Shown: positions 18,601 through 27,131, counted from the stretch's first letter. The stretch is 32,000 nt of DNA from Psychrobacter cryohalolentis K5 (GCF_000013905.1 NC_007969.1:1470001-1502000); one strand, 5' to 3'. Translations and numbers: made by a program. Notes: generated by a model not told the origin, from the letters alone.

Positions 18601-21600
18601 TGAAGATAGTATCGCAATTGGTAGAGGCGCAACTGCCGCTGCTAGTACTAGAAACGGTCTAGCAATAGGTGTGAGATCGAATTCTGGTAACCATGCCGTA
18701 TCCTTGGGTGATGACTCTGCATCAGGTAACTACGCGGTAGCGCTTGGCTCTAAATCCAAAGCGTCTATTGGCGGTACTGCTGTTGGTCAAGCCTCTAGTG
18801 CAGTCAGCAATGCTACAGCTTTAGGTCGTGGCGCTATTGCAGGGCAGTCAGGTAACGTGGCGTTAGGAAACGGCTCTATCACTGGATCTCAGCATACCGG
18901 CACTTTTGCCATAAACACTATGCCAGTCGCTGGTCTGATTAGTGGTGCTAGAACGGTATCGGTTGGCACTGTCGGTGCTGAACGACAAATCCAAAACGTC
19001 GCTCCGGGTGTTGTAAGTGCAACCAGTACTGACGCGATTAATGGCAGTCAGTTATCTGCTACTAACTCAGCTATTGGTGATTTGGGTAGCACGGTTGGTG
19101 ATGGTTTAAACTTTACTGGCGATGATACAACAACTGTAATCAATCGTCAGCTTGGTGATACCCTTACCATCAAAGGTGGTGAGAGTAATGCGAGTAAGCT
19201 TGCGTCTGGTAATAACATTGGTGTGGTCGCTAATGGTAATGATTTAGATATCAAGCTTGCTAAAGACTTGACTGGTCTTAATAGTGTCACGACAGGTAAT
19301 ACTGTCATGAATACAAGTGGCATCAGCTTTACAGGCAGTACCGTAAGCTTAAGCGGGACAGGTTTTACGATCACTAACACTGATCCAACTAAAACTGTCA
19401 GCTTAACAAACACTGGGCTTAATAACGGCGGTTTTAAAGTCGTTAATGTAGGTAAAGGTGATGTAAACGCTACTTCAACTGATGCCATCAACGGTAGTCA
19501 GTTATTTGGTACCGCACAGTCTATCGCTAATAACTTCGGCGGTGGTTCAGTCGTTAATACTGATGGTACGGTTAGCACTCCAGTCTATCAAATCAATGGT
19601 AATAACCAAACTGGCGTTGCAGGCGCTATCGCAGAACTAGATAAAGGCTTTAGCTTAGAGACTAATGGTGCAACAATTAGTACTGTGAAAGCTGGTGACA
19701 CAGTTGATATCGGTACTGCCGCTGGCGAAACCAACATTGAAGTAGCTAAAACTGGTAACGTCATTGATTTTAAGCTGGCGGACAATATCAAACTTACTAG
19801 TGTTACAACTGGTAATAGTGTACTTAACAATAATGGTCTAACCATTGCTGGTGGCCCAAGCTTTACTGCTACTGGCATCAATGCTGGTAATCAGCAGATC
19901 ACGAGGGTATTAAGTGGTGGTAGTCTTACGGATATAAATAACCAGCTAAATGCCGCAAACATCGGTGACGTGAAAAATGCTATTGGCGGCGTTACTACTT
20001 TAGGCTTTGGCATCAAAGCAGCCGATAATAATACCGTCCAAAAAAATCTGGGCGAAGTAGTTGAAATTATTGGCTCTAATAGTAATATTACGACTACAGC
20101 TGCCAGTGGCAAAGTTAAAGTTGTCTTAAATAATAACCTTGATTTAAACACTAATGGCAGTGTCAAAATGGGAAATAGTAGCAGCTTGCCACTTGGTCTA
20201 GGTCCTGTCACTACTGTTGACCGTTTAGGTATGATAACTGGAAATGCATTCGCTAATACTTCAATAGACCTTACTGGTGTTACGGTAGCAAGTCCTCTTG
20301 GCATTACCAATCTAAATAGCACTGGGCTTTATGTTGTTAGTGGCCCAAGCGTCACTAAAGCTGGTATTGACGCTGGTAACAAAAAAGTTATCAATGTTAA
20401 AGCAGGTTCAAATCCGTTAGATGCCGTTAATTATAGTCAACTAGAAACTACTAATAATGCAGTGAACCGAGGCTTGGATTTCACTGGTGATAATACTGGC
20501 CCCACCTCTGTCATTACACGTAAATCTGGTCAAGTATTGAAAACTACGGGTGGTAATACTAACCTCACTAATTTATCTGATGACAATATTGGTGTTATTG
20601 CTGACAATACTACCAACACTTTAACAGTCAAATTAGCTAAAGACTTAACTGGTCTCAATAGTGCAGCCTTTGGCAGTGATGTTATGATCTCATCTAATGG
20701 ATTAAGAGCAGGGGCTACTATAGTAAATACTAGTGGTGTCAGCTTTAGTGACAGTACAGTAGGCTTAAGTAGCAGCGGCCTCAATAATGGTGGTAAGGTT
20801 ATTACCAACCTTGCGCGAGGTGCTGAGCTTACTGACGCTGTTAATGTTGAACAGTTAAACGAAGTCAAACAAAGTGCAGCTGATGCTAATAAAGGTTGGA
20901 ATATTAGCGCCCAAGGAGCAAATACCAGCACAGTGAAACCAAGCGATACAGTCGACTTAAACAATACAGATAACAATATAACCGTCTCTAAAACAGCAGA
21001 GAGTAATAATGTTAGCTTTAATTTAAGTAAAGACATCGCTATAGATAGCGTAAAAACGGGTAATACTACGATGGATAATAGTGGTCTAACTATCGCAGGC
21101 GGCCCTAAATTTACTAAAACCAGTGTCGATGCTGGTGGTAACAAGATCACCAATGTGGCTAATGGCTTCATTGAGGTAGCGAGTAAAGATGCCGTCAATG
21201 GTGGACAGTTATTTGAAGTTTTATCTACCATCAATACACAGACAGCTGCGATAGCTGAGATGGGCTCTGGACTCAACTTCGATGCAGATACTGGTCCTGT
21301 TATCAACAAAAAAGCAGGTTCTGCTCCACTTACGTTTAAAGGTGGCAATAATATCACCACGACATCAGCAGGCAGTAGCATCAAGTTTGACTTAAACGGC
21401 AACATTAATGTCGACAGCGTGACGACTGGTGATACAACCGTCAGCACAAACGGAGTCGTTATTGCAGGTGGCCCTAGTATCACTAAAACCGGTATATATA
21501 CTGGTAATGCCGAAACAGCTCCTAGTATGACGGCTGCTGGTATCAATGCTGCTGGCACTAAGATAACCAATGTTGCGGATGGCATGCAACCTAGAGACGC

Positions 21601-21922
21601 TGTAAACTTCGGTCAATTGGACGCAGTCAATAGAAATCTAGGCAACAGCATCAATGAGCTTGGCTACAGAATTGGCGAAGTCGAAGATGACGCCAATGCC
21701 GGTATCTCAGCCGCCATGGCGATGTCTTCATTGCCACAAGCGTACATTATCGGTAAACCGATGATAGGCGGTGGTATCGCGACCTATAATGGTGAAAGTG
21801 CTGTCGCGATTGGCTTCTCGAAAATGTCTAATGATGGACGCTGGGTGATGAAGCTAAATGGTACAGCGGACACCCAAGGCAACGTAGGTGCCGCCATCGG
21901 TGCAGGTTTCCATTTTGACTAA
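15635..21922 (+). CDS. Trimeric autotransporter adhesin (type Vc secretion; YadA/Ata/UspA-like), 2095 aa
   Basis: It has an extended signal peptide region MNRIYKVIWNEALNCFTAVGEYAKARGKS plus a hydrophobic core ending CIQASA|IP (about residue 72). Long runs of degenerate YadA-head-type repeats follow (NxxAIG.xA.A.G). There are seven neck/HIM-like motifs: DAVNVSQL, DAINGSQL (twice), DAVNYSQL, DAVNVEQL, DAVNGGQL and DAVNFGQL. The C-terminus is a four-strand YadA-type membrane anchor (AGISAAMAMSSLPQ ... GGGIATYNGESAVAIGFSK ... WVMKLNGTAD ... VGAAIGAGFHFD). A strong AAGGGAG SD lies 7 nt upstream of the ATG. Confidence 0.95.
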   Translation: MNRIYKVIWNEALNCFTAVGEYAKARGKSSKSSVSANATINTTENLSSTSAFKLTAIGLGLMAAGFCIQASAIPNNGNSSNHNIDYPFTHTHGLGEHTHTTNNSHKKEGDNSDTSIILEFEGDIGDPIALKQGETLHILGGETDANNLSNNDNIGVVADGDILMIKLAKDIDLDADGSVTMGDTLVDNSGITITNTVPAKIVSLTSAGLNNGGNQITNVASGGLLTDPNNQHNAATIGDIVANQIKYVSINSTGGTNEDNLGAQGADAIAIGKGASAVGQTTVAIGLNSGSGSTAGTREGVSVGNASGQNVLSSGNVGIGRGAGSNITSITTSAINPFPVIKGQNVAIGADAGRDIAGNYNSALGERSGRVVDGNANTAIGSFSGNNVKGSANIAMGPNTGVIVSGDYNTAIGNFAGANVRGDRNVALGTEAGKNVSGIRNVAIGNEAGAGITNDLTVAIGNNAGNFQNGQIGKNSISVGTNSSAQGHSSMALGRGSVSAGINAIGIGVQSIASATGTIAVGDRAEASGENAIAIGKNSLATGSQAIGVGSRAGNGGAAYGDNADAGGTTMSATLTVIEGTAIGNGSIVNVNNGVALGSKSVANRTATGLGTVFVPTSASGLAIESTRSTVLGAVSVGNNADGNRQIVNVAAGRDDSDAVNVSQLRALDTIVAGIDFPIRSSNAKPYTTSVTGTDALAVGSNAIANGDRSTAVGENAKAIGIQASAFGAGAEATARSSLASGFEAKAKSGESVALGVRSSAEGLGATAVGPTANARGEDSVALGRRSKADGAGAMALGGFSEAVGENASAVGFNAEATNKNATAIGVNAKALGERSVAIGEGAQATTLTGTAIGSRTRATGIQSTAVGVGSKATKQWSTAMGFVSEANGLSSVALGDRSIVGGKESIAIGKGNTVNGANSIAVGTGHIVSGNNSGAFGDPNIVSGMGSYAVGNNNAIAANNSFVLGNNVTIKASDKNSIALGEGAIINGEDSIAIGRGATAAASTRNGLAIGVRSNSGNHAVSLGDDSASGNYAVALGSKSKASIGGTAVGQASSAVSNATALGRGAIAGQSGNVALGNGSITGSQHTGTFAINTMPVAGLISGARTVSVGTVGAERQIQNVAPGVVSATSTDAINGSQLSATNSAIGDLGSTVGDGLNFTGDDTTTVINRQLGDTLTIKGGESNASKLASGNNIGVVANGNDLDIKLAKDLTGLNSVTTGNTVMNTSGISFTGSTVSLSGTGFTITNTDPTKTVSLTNTGLNNGGFKVVNVGKGDVNATSTDAINGSQLFGTAQSIANNFGGGSVVNTDGTVSTPVYQINGNNQTGVAGAIAELDKGFSLETNGATISTVKAGDTVDIGTAAGETNIEVAKTGNVIDFKLADNIKLTSVTTGNSVLNNNGLTIAGGPSFTATGINAGNQQITRVLSGGSLTDINNQLNAANIGDVKNAIGGVTTLGFGIKAADNNTVQKNLGEVVEIIGSNSNITTTAASGKVKVVLNNNLDLNTNGSVKMGNSSSLPLGLGPVTTVDRLGMITGNAFANTSIDLTGVTVASPLGITNLNSTGLYVVSGPSVTKAGIDAGNKKVINVKAGSNPLDAVNYSQLETTNNAVNRGLDFTGDNTGPTSVITRKSGQVLKTTGGNTNLTNLSDDNIGVIADNTTNTLTVKLAKDLTGLNSAAFGSDVMISSNGLRAGATIVNTSGVSFSDSTVGLSSSGLNNGGKVITNLARGAELTDAVNVEQLNEVKQSAADANKGWNISAQGANTSTVKPSDTVDLNNTDNNITVSKTAESNNVSFNLSKDIAIDSVKTGNTTMDNSGLTIAGGPKFTKTSVDAGGNKITNVANGFIEVASKDAVNGGQLFEVLSTINTQTAAIAEMGSGLNFDADTGPVINKKAGSAPLTFKGGNNITTTSAGSSIKFDLNGNINVDSVTTGDTTVSTNGVVIAGGPSITKTGIYTGNAETAPSMTAAGINAAGTKITNVADGMQPRDAVNFGQLDAVNRNLGNSINELGYRIGEVEDDANAGISAAMAMSSLPQAYIIGKPMIGGGIATYNGESAVAIGFSKMSNDGRWVMKLNGTADTQGNVGAAIGAGFHFD
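16373..18900 (+). repeat. Two blocks of degenerate YadA-like head repeats inside the adhesin gene (coding repeats)
   Basis: Dozens of roughly 14-residue units occur, such as NVAIGADAGRDIAG / NSALGERSGRVVDG / NTAIGSFSGNNVKG / NIAMGPNTGVIVSG. The two blocks are split by a neck at about 17590-17650 (DDSDAVNVSQLRAL). Confidence 0.85.
19099..21600 (+). repeat. Array of about 100-aa stalk modules inside the adhesin gene; one further copy lies near the N-terminus at 15986-16300
   Basis: One module type reads GDTLTIKGGE..NIGVVA.G.DL.IKLAKDLTGLNSV.. ..LNNGG..(I/V)(T/V)N(V/L).(S/K/R)G. It occurs at 15986-16300, 19099-19462 and 20470-20820. A 17-nt identical DNA string ATCAAGCTTGCTAAAGA is present at 16127-16143 and 19250-19266. 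A second type (G(F/W)..E/A..GA..STVK..DTVD ... SV.TGN...N.GLTIAGGP.FT) occurs at about 19635-19920 and 20895-21170, with a variant at about 21270-21585. Confidence 0.8.
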
Positions 21923-21980
21923 GCACCTATGTGACTAAACATCTAAGTCAAATAACCATGAAATCTGTTGGATAAACATA

Positions 21981-22012
21981 AAAAAGCAAGGCACCAGATG
22001 CCTTGCTTTTTT
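21981..22012. terminator. Bidirectional rho-independent terminator between the convergent adhesin and usp genes
   Basis: AAAAAGCAAGGCA-CCAGA-TGCCTTGCTTTTTT. The GC-containing stem is 9 bp or longer, with an A-run on the left and a T-run on the right, so it can terminate in both directions. Confidence 0.85.
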
Positions 22013-22083
22013 AGTGACTATTTATCAAGCTATAAAGAATGTCATTGGTATTTATCAAACGTCTCGACCCGGATTTTCAGCTA

Positions 22084-22950
22084 TTAGCGTACCAAAATCA
22101 CTGGTGACAGCGTACTGGCGATAATCTCTGTCGTAGTGCTGCCAAGAAATAGATGCTGTAATTTTGAGCTGCCATAAGCACCCACCACAATAATATCGAT
22201 TGCATGTTCCATTTGAAAAGCTAATAAGCCATTGACCGCATCAAGCTGCTGAAGATGATGGGTCTCTACCAAGAAACCTGCCGATGTCATCTGCGTACAT
22301 GCATTAGCCAGACTTTTTTTAGCAGATTCATTATCATTGCCGATCATCACGATATGACCTTGCATGCCTTTTAATAAGCTGCTCTCTGACAACATAGTTA
22401 TGGCTTTAATGGCAGTTTTACTGGCGTCGAAGGCTATCATGTACGAGTGAGGTTCTTTGAATTTTTCTGAGCAAATAAGCACCGGTACGTTTGACGCTCG
22501 TGCAACTGTCTCGATTTGGCTGCCGATATTTATGCGACTATGTTTATGGTCTTCACCGCGGCGTCCCATAACGATGGCACGATTATGCGCTTTAAAATGC
22601 TCAATAGCAGGCAATAGCTTGCCACGGCGCTGATAAACATAGACATCTACGTCATCAAACTGATTTTTGATATGGCTTTTGGCATCTTGCACCAAGGCGT
22701 TACTATAGCTATTGACTACCTTGGCTCTTTGCTCGTCCAGCTGAGACAATTCATCTAGCAAGAATTGACGGCTATTGATGCCAATCGCCCCAGACAAGTC
22801 TCTTCTAATAGACGCTGCCACATCGCTGACATGCAACAGTCCTATCGAAATATTGAGTCGCCTTGCATACCATGCTGCATAGTCACAAACAGACTCTGTC
22901 ACTGCTGAGCCGTCAATACAGGCCAAAACGTGCTGTTGAGTTGTCATCAT
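22084..22950 (-). CDS. Universal stress protein with tandem UspA domains
   Basis: 288 aa in two Usp-like halves. The C-terminal half carries the ATP-binding-type motif VVGAYGSSKLQHLFLGSTT (G-x2-G-x9-G-S/T). The first half has the related VMGRRGEDHKHSRINIGSQ. Confidence 0.85.
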   Translation of the reverse strand: MMTTQQHVLACIDGSAVTESVCDYAAWYARRLNISIGLLHVSDVAASIRRDLSGAIGINSRQFLLDELSQLDEQRAKVVNSYSNALVQDAKSHIKNQFDDVDVYVYQRRGKLLPAIEHFKAHNRAIVMGRRGEDHKHSRINIGSQIETVARASNVPVLICSEKFKEPHSYMIAFDASKTAIKAITMLSESSLLKGMQGHIVMIGNDNESAKKSLANACTQMTSAGFLVETHHLQQLDAVNGLLAFQMEHAIDIIVVGAYGSSKLQHLFLGSTTTEIIASTLSPVILVR

Positions 22951-23562
22951 TCATCCTTAAATGCTTATTTTTTCGCTACCAACTTTATGTCAATCAGCTA
23001 ATAATGAACTGCTTTCATATCAAATTTAGCACCAGTTTTTATCAGTATAACCTTTAGTTAAAAAATTTTGCCAGTTTCTAAAATATAACATGCGTAGAGT
23101 CCTTTTAAAAATATGACACTGATAATCTTACTATAATTTTTTTGGGTCTATAGACAAAAAACCAGAAATATTATCGTTAATGTTTTTCTATTAATCAAAA
23201 ATACCCCATTCTATATTTCAAAGTATAGTTTTTAAATGCGTTGATACCTATCTAAGAAAAATAAATAATAAGGATTTTTAACCATCATACCTTACGGTAA
23301 GCATATCTCTTTGAGATAAAGAAAAATAGATCTGACTGCAATTTAAAGAGAAAAAGAACGTTATATAAACGATATTAAAAAACGAACTAATGTTAGTTTA
23401 TATGAGACAGATAAAATCTCTACAGGTAAATTTAAGTCATTCAACTTGTTTTTTGCGGGAAAGTTGCTAATATGCAGCAATGCATTTTATTGTTGGTTTC
23501 GTATCAAACGCTTCATCGCGAAGTGGTTTGATTTTAATATGGAAGTTACTAGGAAAAAAGGT

Positions 23563-25113
23563 ATGACATCATTAAATCATGAAGGTCGCGTGCTTCACGA
23601 CGGTCTAAGCAAAAAAATTATGTCTGCTGATCAAGCAGCAGCGTTCATCAAAAACGACATGAATGTCGGTATGAGTGGCTTTACCGGTGCCGGTTACCCA
23701 AAAGCGATACCCGCTGCGCTTGCCAAACATATGGAAGCGGCTCATGCTCGCGGTGAAGACTTTCAAATTGGTTTATTGACAGGTGCCTCTACCGCAACCG
23801 AATGTGATGGCGTATTGGCAGAAGCGAACGGCATCAAGTGGCGCACGCCATATCAATCAGAGCCTGCTTTACGTAAACAAATCAACGCAGGTGAAGCGCA
23901 TTATTTCGATATGCATTTATCGCATGTAGCGCAGCAGAGCACCATCGGTTTCTATGGCAAGATGCATATAGCGGTCGTTGAAGTGTCGGGTATTTTGCCA
24001 GATGGTCGTTTGATTCCATCGACTTCTATCGGTAACAATAATGCCTGGTTAGAAAATGCAGACAAAATCATCTTAGAAGTGAACGCGCAGCAAAGCTTGA
24101 TGTTAGAAGGTATGCACGATGTCTATAATGATATCGGTATGCCGCCAAACCGCAAGCCGATTCCACTTGTGACCCCAGGCGGACGCATTGGTGTGCCGTA
24201 TCTACATTGTGACTTGGATAAAGTGGTTGGCGTTGTCCTAACGAACTCGCCTGATCGCAACAGCAAGTTTGCTGATCCTGATGAGTGTTCAAACAAAATA
24301 GCCAGTCATATCATTGATTTCTTCCATGATGAAGTCAAAAAAGGTCGCATGCCAGAAAATTTATTACCGATCCAGTCTGGTGTAGGTAACGTAGCCAATG
24401 CCGTATTGGCAGGACTACAAAACAGCCCGTTTGAGAATTTGACCGGCTACACAGAAGTATTGCAAGATGGTATGTTAGACCTAATTATGTCTGGCAAAAT
24501 GACCATGGCATCTGCCACTGCACTGTCATTAAGCCCAGATGCGCTAGAGCGTTTTAATGCCAATATCGAAGAGCTGCGTGCGCGTATTGTATTGCGTCCA
24601 CAAGAAATCACCAACCATCCTGAAGTCGCGCGTCGCTTAGGTGTATTGGCCATTAATGCCATGATTGAATGCGACCTTTATGGTAACGTCAACTCAACCC
24701 ACGTCATGGGAACTAACATGATGAATGGCTTGGGCGGTTCAGGTGATTTCGCCCGTAACGCTTATACGTCATTCTTTGTATCGCCATCAGTGGCAAAAGA
24801 TGGCGCCATCTCTTGTATTACGCCGATGGTCTCGCATCACGACCATACTGAGCATGATGTGATGGTCATTGTCACCGAACAAGGATTGGCAGATTTGCGT
24901 GGTTTATCGCCGCGTCAACGTGCAAAATCAATTATCGATAACTGTGCCCATCCTGACTATCGCCCAATGCTACAAGATTATTTTGATCGTGCTTCAGATA
25001 CGGCCGGTATGCAAACGCCGCATATCTTGGACGAAGCTTTATCATGGCATCAGCGTTATGTTGAAACGGGTGATATGCGTATCAAAAAATCAGCTTACAA
25101 AATTGCCGTTTAA
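23563..25113 (+). CDS. Acetyl-CoA hydrolase/transferase family protein (succinate/acetate CoA-transferase, Cat1/AarC/ScpC-like)
   Basis: The N-terminus KIMSADQAAAFIKNDMNVGMSGFTGAGYPKAIP and the motif NGLGGSGDFARNA are typical of this family. The track ORF begins at 23446 with a hydrophobic, non-conserved 39-aa extension. The ATG at 23563 (MTSLNHEG) has an AGGAAAAAAGG SD region and gives the usual ~515-aa length. Confidence 0.85.
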   Translation: MTSLNHEGRVLHDGLSKKIMSADQAAAFIKNDMNVGMSGFTGAGYPKAIPAALAKHMEAAHARGEDFQIGLLTGASTATECDGVLAEANGIKWRTPYQSEPALRKQINAGEAHYFDMHLSHVAQQSTIGFYGKMHIAVVEVSGILPDGRLIPSTSIGNNNAWLENADKIILEVNAQQSLMLEGMHDVYNDIGMPPNRKPIPLVTPGGRIGVPYLHCDLDKVVGVVLTNSPDRNSKFADPDECSNKIASHIIDFFHDEVKKGRMPENLLPIQSGVGNVANAVLAGLQNSPFENLTGYTEVLQDGMLDLIMSGKMTMASATALSLSPDALERFNANIEELRARIVLRPQEITNHPEVARRLGVLAINAMIECDLYGNVNSTHVMGTNMMNGLGGSGDFARNAYTSFFVSPSVAKDGAISCITPMVSHHDHTEHDVMVIVTEQGLADLRGLSPRQRAKSIIDNCAHPDYRPMLQDYFDRASDTAGMQTPHILDEALSWHQRYVETGDMRIKKSAYKIAV

Positions 25114-25151
25114 TATAATAGATATTATAACAGCATAAATAAATTTCAAAA

Positions 25152-25186
25152 AAACGCCCCTTATTTAATTTAAGGGGCGTTTTTTT
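25152..25186. terminator. Bidirectional rho-independent terminator between the convergent CoA-transferase and lipoprotein genes
   Basis: AAAAAAACGCCCCTTA-TTTAATT-TAAGGGGCGTTTTTTT. The stem is a perfect 10 bp (25154-25163 with 25171-25180), flanked by A- and T-runs. Confidence 0.88.
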
Positions 25187-25218
25187 GTGCAACGTTAAGT
25201 GATTTATTGACGAATTAT

Positions 25219-25926
25219 TTAGCGGCTGGTAAATACAATCGCTTTCGTACCGTTGTTTGTCGGTTGGCTAATCGTCACTTTACTATCTAAGATATCGCCG
25301 CGCGCATTGATTTTATAGCATTCTGATGAGACACCATTGGGATCATTTGCAACGAGTAGATTGGCTGAGGTGTCGACACAAAACCATGCAGTGTTATTGG
25401 TGTCTCTGGTCAATGACCAGCCTTGTCTATAGCTACCTATCTTTCTGCGCATACTTCTATCGGCGTATACGTCCTCTGCAATCAATTGACTAGAGGAGCC
25501 AACGGTTGCCAGCTTAGGAAGCGTCGTGCTCTGGGTCGCTAGTGAGTATTTGCCTGAGCTATCAGTATAACCATGGAAAACCAATGGATTTAACGTAAAG
25601 TAATTGATGGCAACAGATTGATCAGTGATTTGATTATTTACTTTATTAATAGTATTTACTTCGGCAGCTTGTACTTGTTTATTATTGAATACCATACTGC
25701 CTTTTGGGGTAATTGTAATATCAGCTGAAGCAGTTTGATTGCCGACGGTCGCTACCAAGCTTTGACTACGAGCTTTGGTGTAAATGTTGAGCATCGCTGC
25801 TTCAACAGGATATTGAGTGACGATAGTATTTTGGTTGTTATTGCCAATGGTGCCACCGTTTATCCCGCCAGCACATGCGCTCAAGCTCAGTGCCACTGCG
25901 GCGCATAATCCTAATTTTTTCATCAT
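25219..25926 (-). CDS. Hypothetical lipoprotein with no domain I can recognise
   Basis: 235 aa. The signal peptide has a good lipobox, MMKKLGLCAAVALSLSAC|AGG. The mature part is Asn/Thr/Ser-rich and probably beta-rich, with two late cysteines (FCVD, SECY). An AAGGA SD precedes the start. Confidence 0.7.
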   Translation of the reverse strand: MMKKLGLCAAVALSLSACAGGINGGTIGNNNQNTIVTQYPVEAAMLNIYTKARSQSLVATVGNQTASADITITPKGSMVFNNKQVQAAEVNTINKVNNQITDQSVAINYFTLNPLVFHGYTDSSGKYSLATQSTTLPKLATVGSSSQLIAEDVYADRSMRRKIGSYRQGWSLTRDTNNTAWFCVDTSANLLVANDPNGVSSECYKINARGDILDSKVTISQPTNNGTKAIVFTSR

Positions 25927-26204
25927 TTATTCCTTATTTTGTTTATATGAGCATATCTATGTCTACTATAATTGAATTTTTGTGCCATGGCATCTGCTAT
26001 CTACCTTTGTCCTTGCTATCATTACATCACTATAACAACCAATGATTTGTTATACATCTATTGCACAACAAGGTGATAAAAATAGTGGTGTATTTTTACG
26101 ATAAATACTTATTCACAGTTCAATGATAAGCATCTTTTTGCACCTCATTATGGTGAGTCTGTTATCATTTCGCTCTGCAAAAGTATCAGCGTTAGGAAGT
26201 CAAT

Positions 26205-27131
26205 ATGATCGTCAAGCAAAACCCAAGCGCCATTAAACTATTCTTTACCTTGCGTGGCTCAATTCTTCCCAAAGTATATCCTCAAATTTTGCTGATTGGT
26301 CTTATCAGTGCGCTTATTACCAATATTCAGCACGGCTTTCCAAGCTCTTTTTCTTCTTATAGCGTCGCGCCTTTTACCTTACTTGGGATTGCTTTATCGT
26401 TGTTTTTGGGCTTTCGTAATAATGCCAGCTATCAGCGTTGGTGGGAAGCAAGGGGGCTATGGGGACAATTGGTTTATGATGCGCGCAGCCTGTGCCGTCA
26501 AGCGCTTTCTTATATCGACGAAGACAAACCAATAGGGCGAGATACTCAGCGCCGTCTGATTCATCTGAGTATTGCTTTTACTCATGCGGTGCGTCATCGA
26601 TTGCGAAACACCTCGCCTTGGGAGGATATCGAGCGCTTTGTTGATCCGAAATATCATAGCAAAATGCGGCAGGCAAAAAATCTGCCTGATTATCTGATGC
26701 GCTTGATGGGTAAGGAGCTTGGATATTGTCGACAGCAGCATTTGCTATCAGAGCAGATGGTACAAAATATGGATGAGCGTCTGAACTCTATGACGGTGGT
26801 ACTGGCGGCGTGTGAACGTATTCATAATACGCCACTGCCATTTGCTTATACTTTGCTTGTACATCGAACCACTTATCTTTATTGCTTTATGCTGCCGTTT
26901 GGTCTGGTATCTTCTCTAGGCTGGGTGACACCCTTAATCTGCAGCGTGATTGCCTATACTTTTTTTGGACTTGATGCGCTAAGTGAAGAGTTAGAATCAC
27001 CATTTGGCTTGGCGGACAATCAGCTGCCATTAACGGCTTTATCGCGCACGATTGAAATCAACTTGTTAGAGGCCTTAGGTGAAACTGACTTGCCAGCTGA
27101 TATCAGCCCTATAAAGGGCTACTTACCATAA
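26205..27131 (+). CDS. Bestrophin-like (UPF0187/YneE family) anion channel
   Basis: 308 aa. Features typical of bacterial bestrophin homologues are LFFTLRGSILPKVYPQILL, FLGFRNNASYQRWWEARGLWGQLVYDARSL, and about four TM segments. An AGGAAG SD lies 5 nt upstream of the ATG. Confidence 0.82.
   Translation: MIVKQNPSAIKLFFTLRGSILPKVYPQILLIGLISALITNIQHGFPSSFSSYSVAPFTLLGIALSLFLGFRNNASYQRWWEARGLWGQLVYDARSLCRQALSYIDEDKPIGRDTQRRLIHLSIAFTHAVRHRLRNTSPWEDIERFVDPKYHSKMRQAKNLPDYLMRLMGKELGYCRQQHLLSEQMVQNMDERLNSMTVVLAACERIHNTPLPFAYTLLVHRTTYLYCFMLPFGLVSSLGWVTPLICSVIAYTFFGLDALSEELESPFGLADNQLPLTALSRTIEINLLEALGETDLPADISPIKGYLP

Noticed and set aside
16373-18900. Regular short-period repetition that could superficially suggest a CRISPR or tandem-repeat array
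   Set aside because: The periodicity is at the protein level (roughly 14-residue YadA head repeats) with degenerate DNA. There are no identical direct repeats separated by unique spacers, and the region is one continuous ORF.
20405-20415. GGTTCAAATCC, which resembles a tRNA T-arm/T-loop
   Set aside because: The flanking bases (GCAGG ... GTTAG) do not form a T-stem, and no acceptor or anticodon arms are present. It lies in frame inside the adhesin CDS (KAGSNPLD). This is a chance match.
16042-21616. Many long antisense ORFs inside the adhesin gene (for example 20530-21585 at 351 aa, 19891-20322 at 143 aa, 17800-18228 at 142 aa, 17161-17565 at 134 aa)
   Set aside because: They are shadows of the repetitive Gly/Ala/Thr/Ser/Asn/Val-rich sense frame. 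The GGT/GCT/ACT/AAT codons rarely create antisense stops. Their products are low-complexity Pro/Leu/Val/Ala strings with no start context or SD. The sense frame has unmistakable TAA signal, neck and anchor motifs.
15323-22083. The idea that the adhesin is part of a horizontally acquired island or mobile element
   Set aside because: There is no integrase, transposase or tRNA, and no flanking direct repeats or IS termini. By eye, base composition and codon style resemble the neighbouring housekeeping genes.
23446-23562. 39-aa N-terminal extension of the CoA-transferase ORF and the TTG-initiated extension of the response regulator (12882-12938)
   Set aside because: The extensions are non-conserved-looking sequence in AT-rich upstream DNA. 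Downstream ATGs with good SD sequences give canonical family N-termini (MTSLNHEG... and MSNILLGDDD...).
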